Assembly: GCF_006345805.1 (NCBI RefSeq)
Contig: NC_043019.1
Coordinates: 7,563,360-7,627,359 of the forward strand
Direction: 5' to 3'
Source of the DNA: Octopus sinensis
Taxonomy: Eukaryota
DNA: 64,000 nucleotides
The notes under the pieces were generated by a model. That model did not search any database. It was not told the DNA's origin and saw only the letters and a list, made by a program, of their open reading frames with translations. Below, piece after piece: positions 41,278 through 54,588 of this stretch; position 1 is the stretch's first letter; the number at the start of each line of letters is the position of its first letter. Made by a program: the position numbers and the translations under genes.

Positions 41278-41581
41278 CATGTATGTATGTATATATACAC
41301 ACACACACACATTATATATACATATGTATATATGTGTATGTGTATACATATGTATGCATATATGTATGTATAGATGTTATATATGTGCATAAATACATAT
41401 GCATTCGTATGCATATCTGTCAGCGTTTCTTAATATTATATGTATATAAATGTAGATACTCACACGCACACATACACACATAATGTTCATAAGCACATAC
41501 ACCATTAAAAGAACATGTACAGGCCCACCAAGGCATACATACACCACACACACACATATATATATATAATATATATGTATG

Positions 41582-41639
<58 letters not shown>

Positions 41640-42789
41640 ATATATATGTGTATATATATATTTTGTTATCTTACCGTTTTTACCAATATATATATAATTA
41701 TATATATATATGTGTGTGTATGTATTTATATGTGTGTGTGTTTGCTTGTGTTTGTGCGTGTGTGTATACATGTGCACATATGTTAATATCCGTATATCGA
41801 CACTTTCCTATACACATATCTTTATGTATCACCTGAGACGCACAGAACAACATTGAACACAGTCGTGCTGTCATACATTCCCCGAAACATCCACCAATGG
41901 ACATATCGATTCCTTTTATATATCATAGTTTTATTGGAGTATCACTCTATATTTCATTAGATAATTAAAACATATTTTCATTCCTCGGCAAACATTTCAA
42001 AAGGAAATTTGTTAATTGAACGATATTTATATATTTATATTTTAGAATTTTTAACGTCCTCAAAAGTGTCTTCGGAAATTTCATGGTTACTAGGAAACGC
42101 TGGAAATTCCTGAGTTTATGGATTCATTACCTAAAATTTCTTAAATGATATTTTATGTATTTTTCGTAATTAATTCATTGGACAATAGAGTGTTGTTAAT
42201 ATAGTGAGCCCCAGGGGGGCGGCTGACTAGCAGAATCATTAATGTGTCTTACAAAATAACTAGCGTTGTTTAATTATAATTCTTTCCGTTCTGACTTTAA
42301 AATCTATTTGGAACTATTTTGCCTTTCATTATATCGGAATGGATAAAATAACATTCAAATACTCGGAGAGATTTAATAGAGAATTCCACAATCACCCTCA
42401 AAATTATAGCTATTTTTCAATTTCATATAACATTATTTTGTTCTAAACCAACCCTGATGTGGCAGATTCCAGCCATCGGCGTTCAAATCTTGTTTATGCC
42501 ATAGAGATCAGTTTTCCTTATATAGTATGGAATTTACTTCTTGAGAATCTGTGGTGTTTGTAATTTCAAGGTGATTTACTTGTCATTTCTGATAGTATCA
42601 GAAGGCACAGTCCAGCAGTTACGGTGTTCGGCTCATGATTATGATACCATCGGTTCAATTCCAGGACAGGACGGAGCGTTGCGTCCATGCGTGAAGCAAT
42701 TCATTTCACGTTGTCTATTTGGAAAGACCATTATATCATTTGATACAAGCGAATGAAGCAAACACAGTACGAAAGTATTTATTATTCTG

Positions 42790-42985
42790 ATCAAGGCGGA
42801 AAGCTGACAGAATAGTTTCTGCGCCGTACAACATGCTCAGCGCCATTTCATCCATTTTTAAATCTCAGGTCGACTTTGCTTTCTAATCCTTTCGGGGTTG
42901 ATAAAACAAGTACTAATCCAGCATGGGACTGATGTAATCGACTAAGCGACCTCTCTCCAAATTTCAGGTCATGTACCTACTGTAG
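42790..42985 (+). mobile_element. SINE family A, diverged
   Basis: ggcggaaagctgacagaa...ggtcgactttgc...cctttcggggttgataaa. Confidence 0.65.
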
Positions 42986-43880
42986 ACAGGGTTGATTGAG
43001 CTGTACTTACATACGTGTTCTTGCGGTGGCATTTACCCGGCGTGGGTCCAGCCCGCTTCGACCAACGAGTTCACTGTGTCCGTCACAAATGCTGACCACA
43101 TCTGACGGTCAGCCTACGGTGAGGGTAATCACATCGGACAGTGTGGACACCGTGTCCGAAATCGTCACTCGTTGTTGAAGTGTACAGTTTGTGCCCCGGG
43201 TTTCAGTGGGCGTACATGTTCACATGTGGTCCCCGGTCACATGCAGACACATGTTGGGATAGTGTGACCCGTAACAGATCGTCTTGCCGTCGATTGCCGA
43301 CCGTTACAGACGATTCACAGATCAAATCACCGCTAGCCATCAGAACGGATGCTGCCTGGGTTTGAACCGGGCCTTGAATATTCACAGGTTATGATCACAG
43401 GCGTAAGCAAAAGATCCACAGAATGTGTGATCTGCAAGAAACAACAGTGAAATATCACTTCAGATCACCAGTTATTAGCTTAAAACTTGGAAAGAAAAAG
43501 CATTGAGAAGATGTTCTAGATATACTGTCTCCATATTCCACCTGGAATAGAACTTCTAAAATGCCAAGAAGAAAGTAAAAGTTGACGCATAGGTCTGCAA
43601 GATCAAGATTGACATTCCAGTGCATTTTTCTTGTAAATCATTAATTCTTGAACCGAAACCCAATTATTCATAAAGTGTTGCAATTTGGCGAGAATCTGAT
43701 GGTGGTGCGGAGGGGGGAGGTGACGTTTTTATTATGCTTAATGTCAAGGAACATCAAGTGGCCAAGTTGTAACAAAAAAAAATCGCTTGCTTCGTACTTG
43801 TGTAAAATCGGAAATATTTCTTAGTGTGTGATCTCCCTTGAAAACTCAATGATGATAAGTTTACAATCGACGTTTGCCGA

Positions 43881-43995
43881 AGGGCCGGAAACTGAACGGG
43901 AACCAATTACATCAGTGTATGGAATTTCTCTTTGATGTTTTTACCTGTTTCCTTTGAAATCTTATGCTAAACTTTAATTATATATACTTTAAATA
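43881..43995 (+). repeat. Dispersed direct repeat, copy 1
   Basis: agggccggaaact..acgggaaccaattacatcagtgtatggaatttctctttgatgtttttacctg, also at 47845. Confidence 0.9.
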
Positions 43996-44900
43996 AGATG
44001 GTGTTGAAGAAGAAAGGAAAAAAAGAAGGAAAGGACAAGATTTGGAGGAGGAGGAGGAGGAGGAGGAGGTGAAGAGGCAAGAAGTGTGGAGGGGAGAAGG
44101 ATGAAAGGAAGATGAAGAAGTAGGGTAGGAGGAGGAGAAAAAGTAAAAGGAGGGGGAAGAGAAGAGACAGGAAGACGGAGAAGGATGAAAAGATGAAGGA
44201 GGAGTAGGCTAAGGAGAAATAAAAAGGAGGTGGAGGAGGAGCGGGAAAAGAAGAAGGAAAAAGAAGGTGGAAACGGAAGAAGAGGAGGAAAAGAAGAAGA
44301 AAAAGAAGGTGGTTGGAGAAGAAGAAGAAGAGACAAGAAGAAGAAGAAGAAGAATGAGAAGAAGAAGTGGAAGAAGGGGAAGAAGAAAAAGAATGAGAAG
44401 TAGATGAAGAAGAAGAGGAAGAAGAATGAGAAGAAGAATGAGAAGAAGAAGAGACAAGAAAAAGAAGTAGAAGAAGAAGAAGAAGAAGAAGAAAAGGAAG
44501 AAGAAGAAGAAGAAGAAGAAGATGGAGGAGGTGGATTAATAGTAGGGGAACGAAAAGGAGACGAATCTGATGAGGAGAAGACATGAAAAACTGCAAAGAA
44601 GAAAATGACGACGGCGACAATGACGTCAGCGAATAGGGAGAAGAGAAAGAAGAGGAAAAGAGAGGAAAAGAAGGAAAAAAGACAAAGGAGAATAGTAGTA
44701 GTAGTAGTAGTAGTAGTCTTAGTAGTGGTAGTAGTAGTAGTAGTAGTAGTAGCAACAGCAGCAGTATTAGTAGTAGAGGAAGAAGAGGAAGAAGTGGAGG
44801 ATGAAAGGGAGAGTAGGAGAAAACGAAGATGAAGAAAGAGAGAGAAACGAAGAAAAAATCAAAAACCAATGACTAAAAAAAGAATTAAAAACAAGAAATG
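43996..44900 (+). repeat. GAA/GGA/GTA purine-rich low-complexity tract
   Basis: Direct inspection. Confidence 0.9.
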
Positions 44901-45469
44901 ATAAAAAAAAAAGGATCTTATTATAAAAGCATGCGCAGACGTTGTTTGAAATAGCGCAAAGGGCAGAGATGCAGCGATGATAATCTATAATGATTGGCTG
45001 AGTTCTTAGATCTATGAGTAATATGTGCTCCCTAAATTTCGTCAAATAAGGAATTCGAATATAATTTAAGTAACAGCAGAAGATCTTAAAATGAGTTGCT
45101 GGAGGAACGAATAAGTGATATGTGTAAATGCATACATTTATGCTGATGTATGCGTGTATGTGTGTATGTGTATATCTATCTATCTATCTATCTATCTATA
45201 TATATATATAATATATATATATATATGTATATATGTATATGTATCTATCTATCTACCTATATATATATATAGTAATACTAAGTAATTAAGGGTTCAGCAA
45301 CGAATTACCTCACCAACACACCGAATTTAGAAATAGCAGTCAAAGAGATATAGCTATTCCTTCTACTAAAAGGGGGATCTCAGTAAAAACACAGCACTTG
45401 AAAGGCAAACACAGACAGGTAAGAAAGAAAGAATGAAATGACGGCAATCTATCATACAATTTTAAGTTA

Positions 45470-45561
45470 CCTACGGACGTACGTTTCGAAATCAAGTTTT
45501 AGGAAAGCATAAGAATTAGAAAATTCTAACTTACCCAAACTTCTTTTCTCATCGGCGCAGG
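45470..45561 (-). ncRNA. Type I hammerhead (left arm), CCGAUGA core variant
   Basis: Reverse complement of the 45791-45881 motif. Confidence 0.75.
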
Positions 45562-45790
45562 ATACTACAATTATGAATAATTGTATATTAAATTTTGAGA
45601 TACTAGAAGGCATTATCTCAACTCAGTGTCAGAGCGAGCCAAAGCATGACCAGTACCACGAAATTCAAAGTGTGAATGAAAGTTTGTGTCACCAGCCACC
45701 TTCCACCCGCGTGTAGCCAAGACAAAATGCTGCGGTCATTTACTGGGATAAAATATGGTTATAATATACAATTATTCATAATTGTAGTAT

Positions 45791-45881
45791 CCTGCGCCGA
45801 TGAGAAAAGAAGTTTGGGTAAGGTAGAATTTTCTAATTCTTATGCTTTCTAAAACTTGATTTCGAAACGTACGTCCGTAGG
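45791..45881 (+). ncRNA. Type I hammerhead (right arm), CCGAUGA core variant
   Basis: CCUGCG-CCGAUGA-GAAAAGAAGUUU...AAACUUGAUUUC-GAAA-CGUACG-UC-CGUAGG: 6-bp stem I, palindromic stem III, GUC site (after 45875). Confidence 0.8.
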
Positions 45882-46172
45882 TAACTTAAAATTGTATGAT
45901 TGATTGCCGTCATTTCATTCTTTCTTACCTGTCTGTGTTTGCCTTCAAGTGCTGTGTTTTTTACTGAGATCCCCCTTTTAGTAGAAGGAATAGCTATATC
46001 TCTTTGACTGCTATTTCTAAATTCGTCTGTGTGTTGGTGAGGCAATTCGTTGCTGAACCCTTAATTACTTAGTATTACTTAAATTTTCCTCGAATGGAGC
46101 TTTTACATGCCGAAATCTACTTGGTGTAATTGATAATTATTCCAAATTAATTAATTTCACCCTTTATTATTA

Positions 46173-46222
<50 letters not shown>

Positions 46223-46243
46223 TATATGAGTATGTACACATAC

Positions 46244-46282
<39 letters not shown>

Positions 46283-46559
46283 TATATATATATGTATACT
46301 CGTATATGTATAAAGATAATACACGATATATATACATACAATCAAACATAGATAAGTTTCACTAATTTTGTCAGCACCACATATATATTTCTGAAATTAA
46401 CAGCATATATTTGAGACGAAACCCATAGGATGAGTCCATGTTTTGAGACTGGGGGAGGACAGGCAGTTATATACACGTGATATTTCTGTAATCACACGCA
46501 TGTGTGTCTCTATACATACATACATATATATTTGTATATATATATTCTGTTGTTTTTTA

Positions 46560-46735
46560 TTTATTTACTTGTTTCTGTCATTTGGCTGCGACCATGCTGA
46601 ATCGCCATCTTTAGTCGAACAAATTGACCCTAGGGCATTGTAAGCCTAGTGCTTATTCTATCAGGCACTTTTAAAGAACGGCTAAGTCACAAGGACGTAA
46701 AAAACACTAGCATCGGTTGTCATGCGATGGTAGGG
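46560..46735 (-). mobile_element. SINE family B 3' half
   Basis: tcatttggctgcgaccatgctg...ttagtcgaacaaattgaccc...ggttgtcatgcgatgg. Confidence 0.7.
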
Positions 46736-46753
46736 GCAATATATATAATATAT

Positions 46754-46787
<34 letters not shown>

Positions 46788-47844
46788 ATATATATAATAT
46801 ATTATATATATGGGTATACATATGATATACACATATATACCTGTGTGGTGTGTGTGTGTTTATGTGTGCATGTGTGTATCACGAGCATAGAAATGTTTCC
46901 ACAGTATGAAGAAGCTCCTCTCTAAGCAACGATCTGTCAAAACGTATCTATGGTATATTAAAGTGACATAAGAAGTGTCTATTCGCCAATTTCCTAAAAT
47001 AAGAATTTCTAAGTTAAAAATACATGACGCTTGTTATTCCCATATCTTTCTCTGTCATGAGAATATAATCAAATACCATTTTATTTGATGTAACGAAGAG
47101 AAAAAGAAACCAAACTGTAAGATGTTCTCGGTGAGATTGTAACGGAGAAGGAATATGGTAAAAAGCATATTGCATGAATAATTAACTCCACCTCTCTCCT
47201 TTCTTTTCTCGTCTACTTTTGCTGACGTCAAAACGGGTTTGTTTCTTTACTGTGACATTTGACTAGAATACATGAGAACAGGAAATATTTCTTTTAATTA
47301 ACAAAATAAACCATATCCTGGCGAATCGAAGTAAAAAGGAAGCAAAATATCTATCCGATATCGCTAGCGGACGCCTTTGCAGTATTGGATACGGGGTAAT
47401 GAGGAAGACTTAATGGAGTCGTGTTGATTTGTCTTCAAGAAATAACAACCAAATTCTTCTACTTTAAAGCACATGCTACTGTCGAAAGTAATAAAAAAGA
47501 TAATCGAAAGGATGTCGCATTGGATAAACTATGTCGCTGACAACACCTTCTCACACAGGAAATAAAATAACAATATTTTTTACATCATAGTTCTGTAGGT
47601 CCAACAACATTATTTGAAACAGATCATTAGTTTGTGAACGAAAACTAATTATTATTTAAGTGCTCGAGTTTTACGGGGATTTCGAGTTTAAATTTTCATT
47701 TCGTCAATGCCAAGTAACACCAAGCACCAAGAATAATTAAATGGATAAAAAAAAAAAAGAGAAGGAAATACTGGCAAATTCTAGTGAAACCGAATGTAAA
47801 TTTGCTGGTGCGTCATTCTCCCTGAAACCTATAAAATGAGAGAT

Positions 47845-47965
47845 CTACAATTGCCACATACTATAGGGCCGGAAACTAGACGGGAACCAATTACATCAGT
47901 GTATGGAATTTCTCTTTGATGTTTTTACCTGATTCCTTCAAGATCTTGCGGTGGACTTTAATTAT
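47845..47965 (+). repeat. Dispersed direct repeat, copy 2
   Basis: Near-identical core to 43881-43995. Confidence 0.9.
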
Positions 47966-48129
47966 TTACTTAAATCACATGAAGAAAAAGGAAGGGAAGG
48001 AGAGGAAGAAGGAGAAGAAGAATCGGGCGAAAAACCAAAAATGAATGCGATATTAAGAACAAACTCAAATAAGATGTCACTATTGGGCATGCGTAACAAG
48101 ACAAAGTGTAGAAAACCACAACGTATATG

Positions 48130-48191
<62 letters not shown>

Positions 48192-48638
48192 CATGTATAC
48201 ATATACACATACATATACATATATACATATACATACATATATATATAAACATATATATATATGTGTGTGTGTGTATCTATGCATGCATGTATGTATGAAT
48301 GAATACGAGTATGAGGGTGTGTGTGCGTATGTACATGCATGTATAAATATATATACACATAATTACAAACGCGTATATACGCATGCATATATGTTTCTGT
48401 GAACGTGTGTGTATGTGTGTGTGTGTGTATACGCATGTATGTATGTAAGCGTGTATATGTGTATGCATCTACGTCGGAATCGATTGATTGTTTCGACGTA
48501 TGAGTAATAAGGGTTAACTGAAATCGCTGTGTAAGAATTTCAAAAGTAATCCCAGGAGAGATATGGCGATTGAAGATGAAAGTATAACCTGAGGAATAAA
48601 TAATAATACGATAAATATTAACAACAACACCACTAATT

Positions 48639-48690
<52 letters not shown>

Positions 48691-49155
48691 CAACAACAAC
48701 AAAAATCATAATAATAATAAATGCATGCATATGTGCAGTCGCACATATATACCTGTATGTGTGTCATGTCTGTGTGAATCTATACAAATATGCTTGTTTG
48801 TGTGTGTATATATATATATCTCTCTCTCTCTCTCTATATATATATATCTATATATATATATATATTTATATAATGGTTATACATTTATAAGAGTACGTAC
48901 CTTTTCATACATGCATATAAATATAGATGTATACACAGGTATTTCAGTGTACATTTGATACACTCATAAATACGAATTCTTCTTTACCTGCATTAACACT
49001 TGTATGCTCGAGCGTGGCATTGTGTGAAATATATATACTTAAATATATGTATGTATCTGTGTATGTACGTGTGTATGTAGGCACATATGTATATGTACGT
49101 ATGAAGCGACAAGAAATATTCACTCAGCTTAGGGGAGAAGAGTGCCTGAATGTAA

Positions 49156-49480
49156 GAACTTGAAGGAAATGGTTTGTAAAATTCAGAAGTGCAGATTTCA
49201 GCCTTGAAGATATGGCCCGAACAGGAGGTCTAACTGAGTTTGATGCCAAGTTCCTTTTGGAAGGTTCGTTGAAGCCATACTACTGTTCACTGCCATCTTC
49301 AACAGCTTGGAAAGGTCTCAAAACTTGGAAAAGGGCTGCCTTATAACTTGTTTGAACTCACCCGTAAATCCCGAGTGGACACTGACTCTCCTCTTCTTGT
49401 TCCCGTAATTTTATCTCGGTCTTTTAGAAGAGGCTGTTGACCGGTGAAGGAAAACGGGTCTTGTATCAAAATGTTAAGCA
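49156..49480 (+). pseudogene. mariner-like transposase remnant
   Basis: KWFVKFRSADFSLEDMARTG, HLQQLGKVSKLGKGLPYNL (WVPHEL-like) and LLTGEGKRVLYQN (TGDEKW-like). Confidence 0.8.
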
Positions 49481-49544
49481 TTGGAGACATTGACTTGGTG
49501 AAAAGGAAACGGTCCAAACATAACGGATAAAGGGAACTCCATGC

Positions 49545-50100
49545 GTAGTTTGATGGGGTTGCACTATCTACTGAGATTTTCCAGTCAACATTGATGGAAT
49601 GATCCGGGCTAATCGACCGGACATAATCATTAAAGACAGGGAAGAAAATACTTGAACACTAATAGAAGTGTTCCCATTGATAAAAATATATTTGTCAAGG
49701 TATATGACAAACTAAGTAAATATAAGGACCTGGAAATTGAAAAACAAAAGATGCGCCATCTTAAAACGAGAACTGTTATTCTAGGTGGCCTCGGTATAAG
49801 AAACTAGGGATGTCAGAAACAAGTAGACAAAATCCCAGAAGCACCGTATCTCAGAGAAATCCGAAAGATGGTACTGATTAGTACTAGCCACATCCTTACA
49901 AAAACCTTATGAATTTAAATGTCTGTGTTGTATTACATGATATTTCGCTACTTTCCCTCAAGAAGCTTACAATCATAATGTAACATCTCTTATCCTTTGC
50001 TGCCCCCAGGACACTGGGTGTGTCTCCGCAAGAGATGGAAACAAACATGTAGATTAAAAGTAAATAATAATAATAATAATAATAATGATAATAATAATAA
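49545..50100 (+). mobile_element. R4/Dong-like non-LTR element 3' end with (TAA)n tail
   Basis: ANRPDIIIKDRE..LIEV, DKLSKYKDLEIE, GGLG, IRKMVLISTSHILTKTL (restriction-like endonuclease domain). Confidence 0.8.
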
Positions 50101-50368
50101 AGCGGGAAATACGAAGGTTCTGGCCAATGAAGTGAGTAGACGTGATACCAATAGTAATTGTTGCGCTTAGAAGTATCATAACTCAGCTGAAAAAACATCG
50201 GTGCAAGTGTAAAAGTAGAACAAGTACAAAAATCAGCATTGCTCAGAACTTCAAGAATTCTTCGCAGGGTTCTTGAAACATGACCAGTAAACAAGTCTCA
50301 CCTTAGCTTGCGGGATGTGGACAGCTGGCACTTTCCATCATACCCACTAAAATAAGCTGTGAATTTAC

Positions 50369-50410
<42 letters not shown>

Positions 50411-50445
50411 CAATAATAATAATAATAATATCAATAATAATAACA
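50101..50445 (+). mobile_element. Second R4/Dong-like 3' fragment with (TAA)n tail
   Basis: RFWPMK*VDVIPIVIVAL...VEQVQKSALLRTSRILRRVLET*. Confidence 0.8.
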
Positions 50446-50472
50446 CTTGAGCTGCTTCTGCTGCTGCTACGG

Positions 50473-50521
<49 letters not shown>

Positions 50522-51282
50522 CGTTTCTACTGCCGCTGCTGGTGCTTGCTAGGGCTGCATCCATTCATACATATACACTTCTTCTACGTCAGCCTGCGAC
50601 TATATATTTTGGTGGAAATAATTCTTAAGGCTTTTTTCCCCTTTCTTTTTTTGACATTAACAGTATGTTATTGTTCCCCGTGTGTTCCAACATTCGTCTT
50701 TTACTTCGATTCCACTCAAACAGACATTTATGTCATAATGGTAAGCAACATCTCATTTATCTGAAGCAAAACAACTGAATAATGGGTTCCAGAACCATTT
50801 TTCTTCAAGTAAAGCTGTTCCATATATGCTATGTACTTTGTCCCTATATCAATCATACATCTACGCTCTTACGTCTACTGTCATTGATTTCACATATATA
50901 CATCTGCCTGTGTATATGTACATACGCAGGCAATATGTGTATATATATATGTATGTATATATGTATGTACACTACATATGAATACACATATATGGGTGTA
51001 TGTGTATATATAGGCATATGTTATACGTATTTACATTCATACAGGTAGTGTTAAGTACGCACTCTCATACACAACTATATATACTCTCATATATAACCTA
51101 TAAAAATGCAATCCACACAGACAAGCATATCAGCTTGTTCATCTGTCAGTCTGTCTGTCTGTCTGACTGTCTCTCCATTCTCATCCATACAGACACGACA
51201 CAAACACACATATATGCACATAAACATATGTATTTAACACATAATCACACAGACAACCATGTACATATATAGATACACACAA

Positions 51283-51315
<33 letters not shown>

Positions 51316-51358
51316 CACGTGTATACACAGGCACATACATACACTTACACACACACAC

Positions 51359-51426
<68 letters not shown>

Positions 51427-51471
51427 TGTGTTTGTGTGTGCGTTTGTGTGCGTGCGTATATATATATTTAT

Positions 51472-51502
<31 letters not shown>

Positions 51503-52095
51503 CACACACTGCCACGCGCACGCACGCTCACACCGACACACAGACGAAGAGAAAATGTCTATAGCTACATGCATACATTCAAATAGTCACACATATACTT
51601 ATACAAAGCAATATATGAACGCATGCGCAAAGAGTTCTGGCGGTCCGTAAGCGCAGCTGAGCAGCAGTTGCTGACTCCAAAATGGCTTGTTTAGCACAGC
51701 GTTCTGTACTTTTACTGTGATGTAACAGAACTTGTACAAAAGAAGAACTCTGCCATTGTTCTCTTCAGATCGTTCTTGGTAAGTTTCGAGCAAAATATAC
51801 ATCACGTGATGTGTGAATATCGTTGGCAATTATCATGACAGGTATTAGCTGTCGACAAGTTTCTTTTGTTACGAGAACATCTTGGAGATAATGCTGAGAA
51901 TCTGGTCGTTGTTGTTGTTCTTCTTTTTTCTTCTTTTTCCCTACTTCCTCTTCTTTCTCCTTCCTCTTTTTCTTTCTCTTTCTCTTCTTCTTCCACTTCT
52001 ACTTCTTTATTTTCTTCCTCCTCTTCTACTTATTTCTTTTCTTCCTCTTCCACTCCTTCCCCTTCTTACTACTACTACTATTGCTGCTGCCACTG

Positions 52096-52154
<59 letters not shown>

Positions 52155-52155
<1 letters not shown>

Positions 52156-52310
52156 AGGAGGCGAGGTGCCACGCCGGACAAAATGCCTCGGGGCCTTTCG
52201 GTTGTCTTCGCGTTCTGTGTTCCGATTCGGTATTGGTCGACTCGGGCTTTCATCCGTCCAAGAAAAGTATCATTTGATGATTAGAATCGATGTGATCGGC
52301 TTTTCCCCCA
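52155..52310 (+). mobile_element. SINE family A, old
   Basis: ggaggcgagg...gccggacaaaatgc...ggtcgactcgggctttcatcc. Confidence 0.55.
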
Positions 52311-52623
52311 CCCTTCATTATTTCAAGCCTTTTCACTATTTTTAAAGGTTTTATTATTATAAAAATAAACGCCTGTAAAAAATGGGTTCCGAATACAATT
52401 TCACTACAAATTTTTACATTCCTTACGGCCCCAACAAAAGCCTGATTATGGACTCAATTCTTGTGAATTTCCTGTTAATGTTGTTGAACCTAAACGGTGG
52501 AGTTTTATTGGCTCGTTTGATTCAACGCTAATTTTCAAAAATAAATCTATCCGTATATATACATACACACACGCACTCAAACACATACACACGCACACGC
52601 ACACACACATATATATATATATA

Positions 52624-52736
52624 TTTATTTTATAGAAGGAGCTTCTACATGACTAGAACTGTTTCATTCAGATTCCTGAAGATTTCATCTGAATGAAACA
52701 GTTCTAGTCCTGTAGAAGCTCCTTCTATAAAATAAA
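52624..52736. repeat. Hairpin with 50-bp arms and 13-nt spacer
   Basis: Arms 52624-52673 and 52687-52736, one mismatch. Confidence 0.9.
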
Positions 52737-52826
52737 CTACTTTACTCTGCTATGTATTGAGTACCTTATTTACTGTGGTTAACCCCGACTCAACCCGGGA
52801 CCTACATATATATATATATATATATA

Positions 52827-53195
52827 GGCGCAGGAGTATCTCTGTGTGTGTGGTAAGAAGTATTCTTCCCAACCACATAATTTCAGGTTCAATCCCACAG
52901 CGTGGCATCTTGGGCAAGTGTCTACTACTATAACCTCGGACCGACCAAAGCCTTGTGAGTGAATTCGTTCGACGGAAACGGAAAGAAGCCCGTCCTATAC
53001 ATATGTACATATAACTATGTGTGTGTGTCTCCACCACATCATCCCTTGTTCCTGTGTTTATGTCACCGTAAGATTAGCGGGACAGCAAAAGGGATAATTT
53101 AAGTACCAGGTTAAATTAATAAGTCCTGGTTTCCTTTCCTTCGACTAAAAACCGAAGGCGGTACCGCAGGGTAATAAATGAAACAGGTAAAGGAT
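52827..53195 (+). mobile_element. SINE family B, full copy
   Basis: Head, short internal microsatellite and diverged 3' half. Confidence 0.8.
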
Positions 53196-53528
53196 GTACA
53201 TTTCTGTCTTCATATACACTTCATGGGACCCATTGCTGGTTCAGTTTGCGGACGACTTCCTATCCCAGACAATGCAATACATCAAGACCTATATAAAGCA
53301 GTCATGAATTACGCACGCACTTTAATGGGTGGACTAATTTGCATATTTGTGCTTTTGAGCTCTTATTTTTAATTAGAAAGCATCTATTTTATGTACACAC
53401 CCACACATTTATGTATGTATGTATTTAAACACACACGTTATAAATATACATATATGTGTGTGCATGAGGAACAAAAGAAATAGAGAGGTGCATATAAATA
53501 AATATATATATGTATATATATGTGTGTT

Positions 53529-53568
<40 letters not shown>

Positions 53569-54299
53569 AATATATTCCCATAAGAAAATAATATAAATCG
53601 AAAACAACTGAAATTACATTAAAGACGTGTTCTTGGAAAAAATTGGTGACAAACAGAAGCCAATAAAGCGAAATATTTAATTGAATTTCGTTATTAATGT
53701 ATTAAATTTGTCGTCATTCGTCGAAGATCGAAAAAGTAAATGCATACACACCATTATATATTCATACATACACGCATAGATATATAAATAAACACACTCA
53801 CATATACACGCACGCACATATATGCATGTGTGATAGAATATATGTCGCTGTGTGTACATGATTGCGACAGGTCTGCGTTGAAAGCTCCACAAAACGATCG
53901 ATCAAGCGTGAGGCGAAATACAAAAGAAAATATGCAAATTCACTTTGAGAATGTGTAGTATTAATACCCAGGTATTTATCAACCTAACAAATATAGCAGA
54001 GAAATAAGCAATTCGAAAATCCAGCGATGATAAATAAAATGATTTATTCTCTGATCATTTGCTCCAATGATAAGCAAACTAATTTTGATTTACTAAACTT
54101 AAGTTGAAGTGATACAAAAGTATCCACATTTTGGAGATTTCGGTAGGAAACCAGCAGATAATAATACCTAAAGCTCTACAGTCCCACACTGAATAAATCT
54201 ACAACTCGGGTTAACGCCATGTACCATGAAAATAGTCAATGATGATGCTACGACGATACTTTGGTAGCCAATCCAATTTTGGTATTTATGTACAACTAT

Positions 54300-54480
54300 C
54301 TCAAGCAATGCCTCGTTTTCCGCAACCGATATTTTCTCTGAAATAGATTCGTCTTTGAAGCTGGTGTCTCGGGGTTAACTTCCTTGAAATGTCTGAACCA
54401 GTCAAATGCACACACGTTCGCTGACAGCTCTTGAGCTTTCCACGTTTAATTTCCTTTGCCGCTTCGTTTCAAAATTTTTT
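54300..54480 (-). pseudogene. mariner-like transposase N-terminal remnant
   Basis: AAKEIK...FDWFRHFKE..TSFKDES...ENEALLEIV across frameshifts. Confidence 0.55.
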
Positions 54481-54557
54481 TTACATCTAGCATAAAATGT
54501 CACTAATTTTTTCCCTCACTCATCGAAACTGTATGATAGTCAATAAACAATAAATGT

Positions 54558-54588
<31 letters not shown>

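Larger units (their letters stand above)
45271..46079. mobile_element. PLE-type fold-back element with two hammerheads
   Basis: About 320-bp near-identical arms 45271-45590 and 45762-46079. Confidence 0.9.
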
